The notes beneath the pieces were generated by a model. That model saw nothing but the letters and a program-made list of their open reading frames with translations, was not told the origin of the DNA and made no database searches. A DNA stretch of 62,972 nucleotides, filler included, from Octopus bimaculoides (Eukaryota): NCBI RefSeq assembly GCF_001194135.2. It is 6 parts of 6 records of this genome, joined end to end, with 100 filler letters (N's around TTAATTAATTAA, not from the genome) between each part and the next. Parts side by side here need not be neighbours in the genome. Positions count along the whole stretch, not along the records: positions 61,230 to 62,972 come from NC_069005.1; 5 more parts are not named here. The stretch is one strand, 5' to 3'. Below are positions 62,912 through 62,972 of this stretch, piece by piece. Each line of letters opens with the position of its first letter. Position 1 is the stretch's first letter. Made by a program: the position numbers and the translations under genes.

Positions 62912-62972
62912 CATATATATATGTGTATATATATGTGCATATATATATATATGTGTATATATATATGTATAT

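Overview
Animal nuclear DNA: AT-rich, dense in microsatellites, with many N-gaps. The SINE, LINE and MITE families and the (TA)/(TG)/(AAT)/(GAT) density look like a coleoid cephalopod, probably Octopus. That assignment is from recalled family sequences, not from a search. I can support no intact host gene; the window reads as intergenic or intronic DNA made of transposon debris. Non-LTR retroelements: three R4/Dong-clade fragments (1-214, 24836-25448, 59889-60476), each next to AAT-type microsatellites; several decayed RTE-clade LINEs; one L1/Tx1 endonuclease remnant; one CR1/L2-like 3' end; two Penelope-like elements (61341-62911 and a nested one at 55170-55720). DNA transposons: two Tigger/pogo copies of different age, a fold-back mariner, an Hsmar1-like MITE and a Merlin-type transposase fragment. 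There are also many copies of three tRNA-derived SINE families. Best second-look items: (1) a fully foldable type-I hammerhead ribozyme candidate at 59204-59290 with an A6C core, and a minimal hammerhead at 57610-57646 (minus strand) with A6U; (2) a ~530-bp non-coding element flanked by (AAT)n that twice sits directly behind an R4/Dong 3' tail and shares a CC(C/T)AAGG + stem-loop motif with the R4 3' UTRs, suggesting a microsatellite-targeted autonomous/non-autonomous pair; (3) several long fold-backs and SINE target-site-duplication stacks. Boundaries of decayed elements are approximate, and family names come from protein motifs read by eye.
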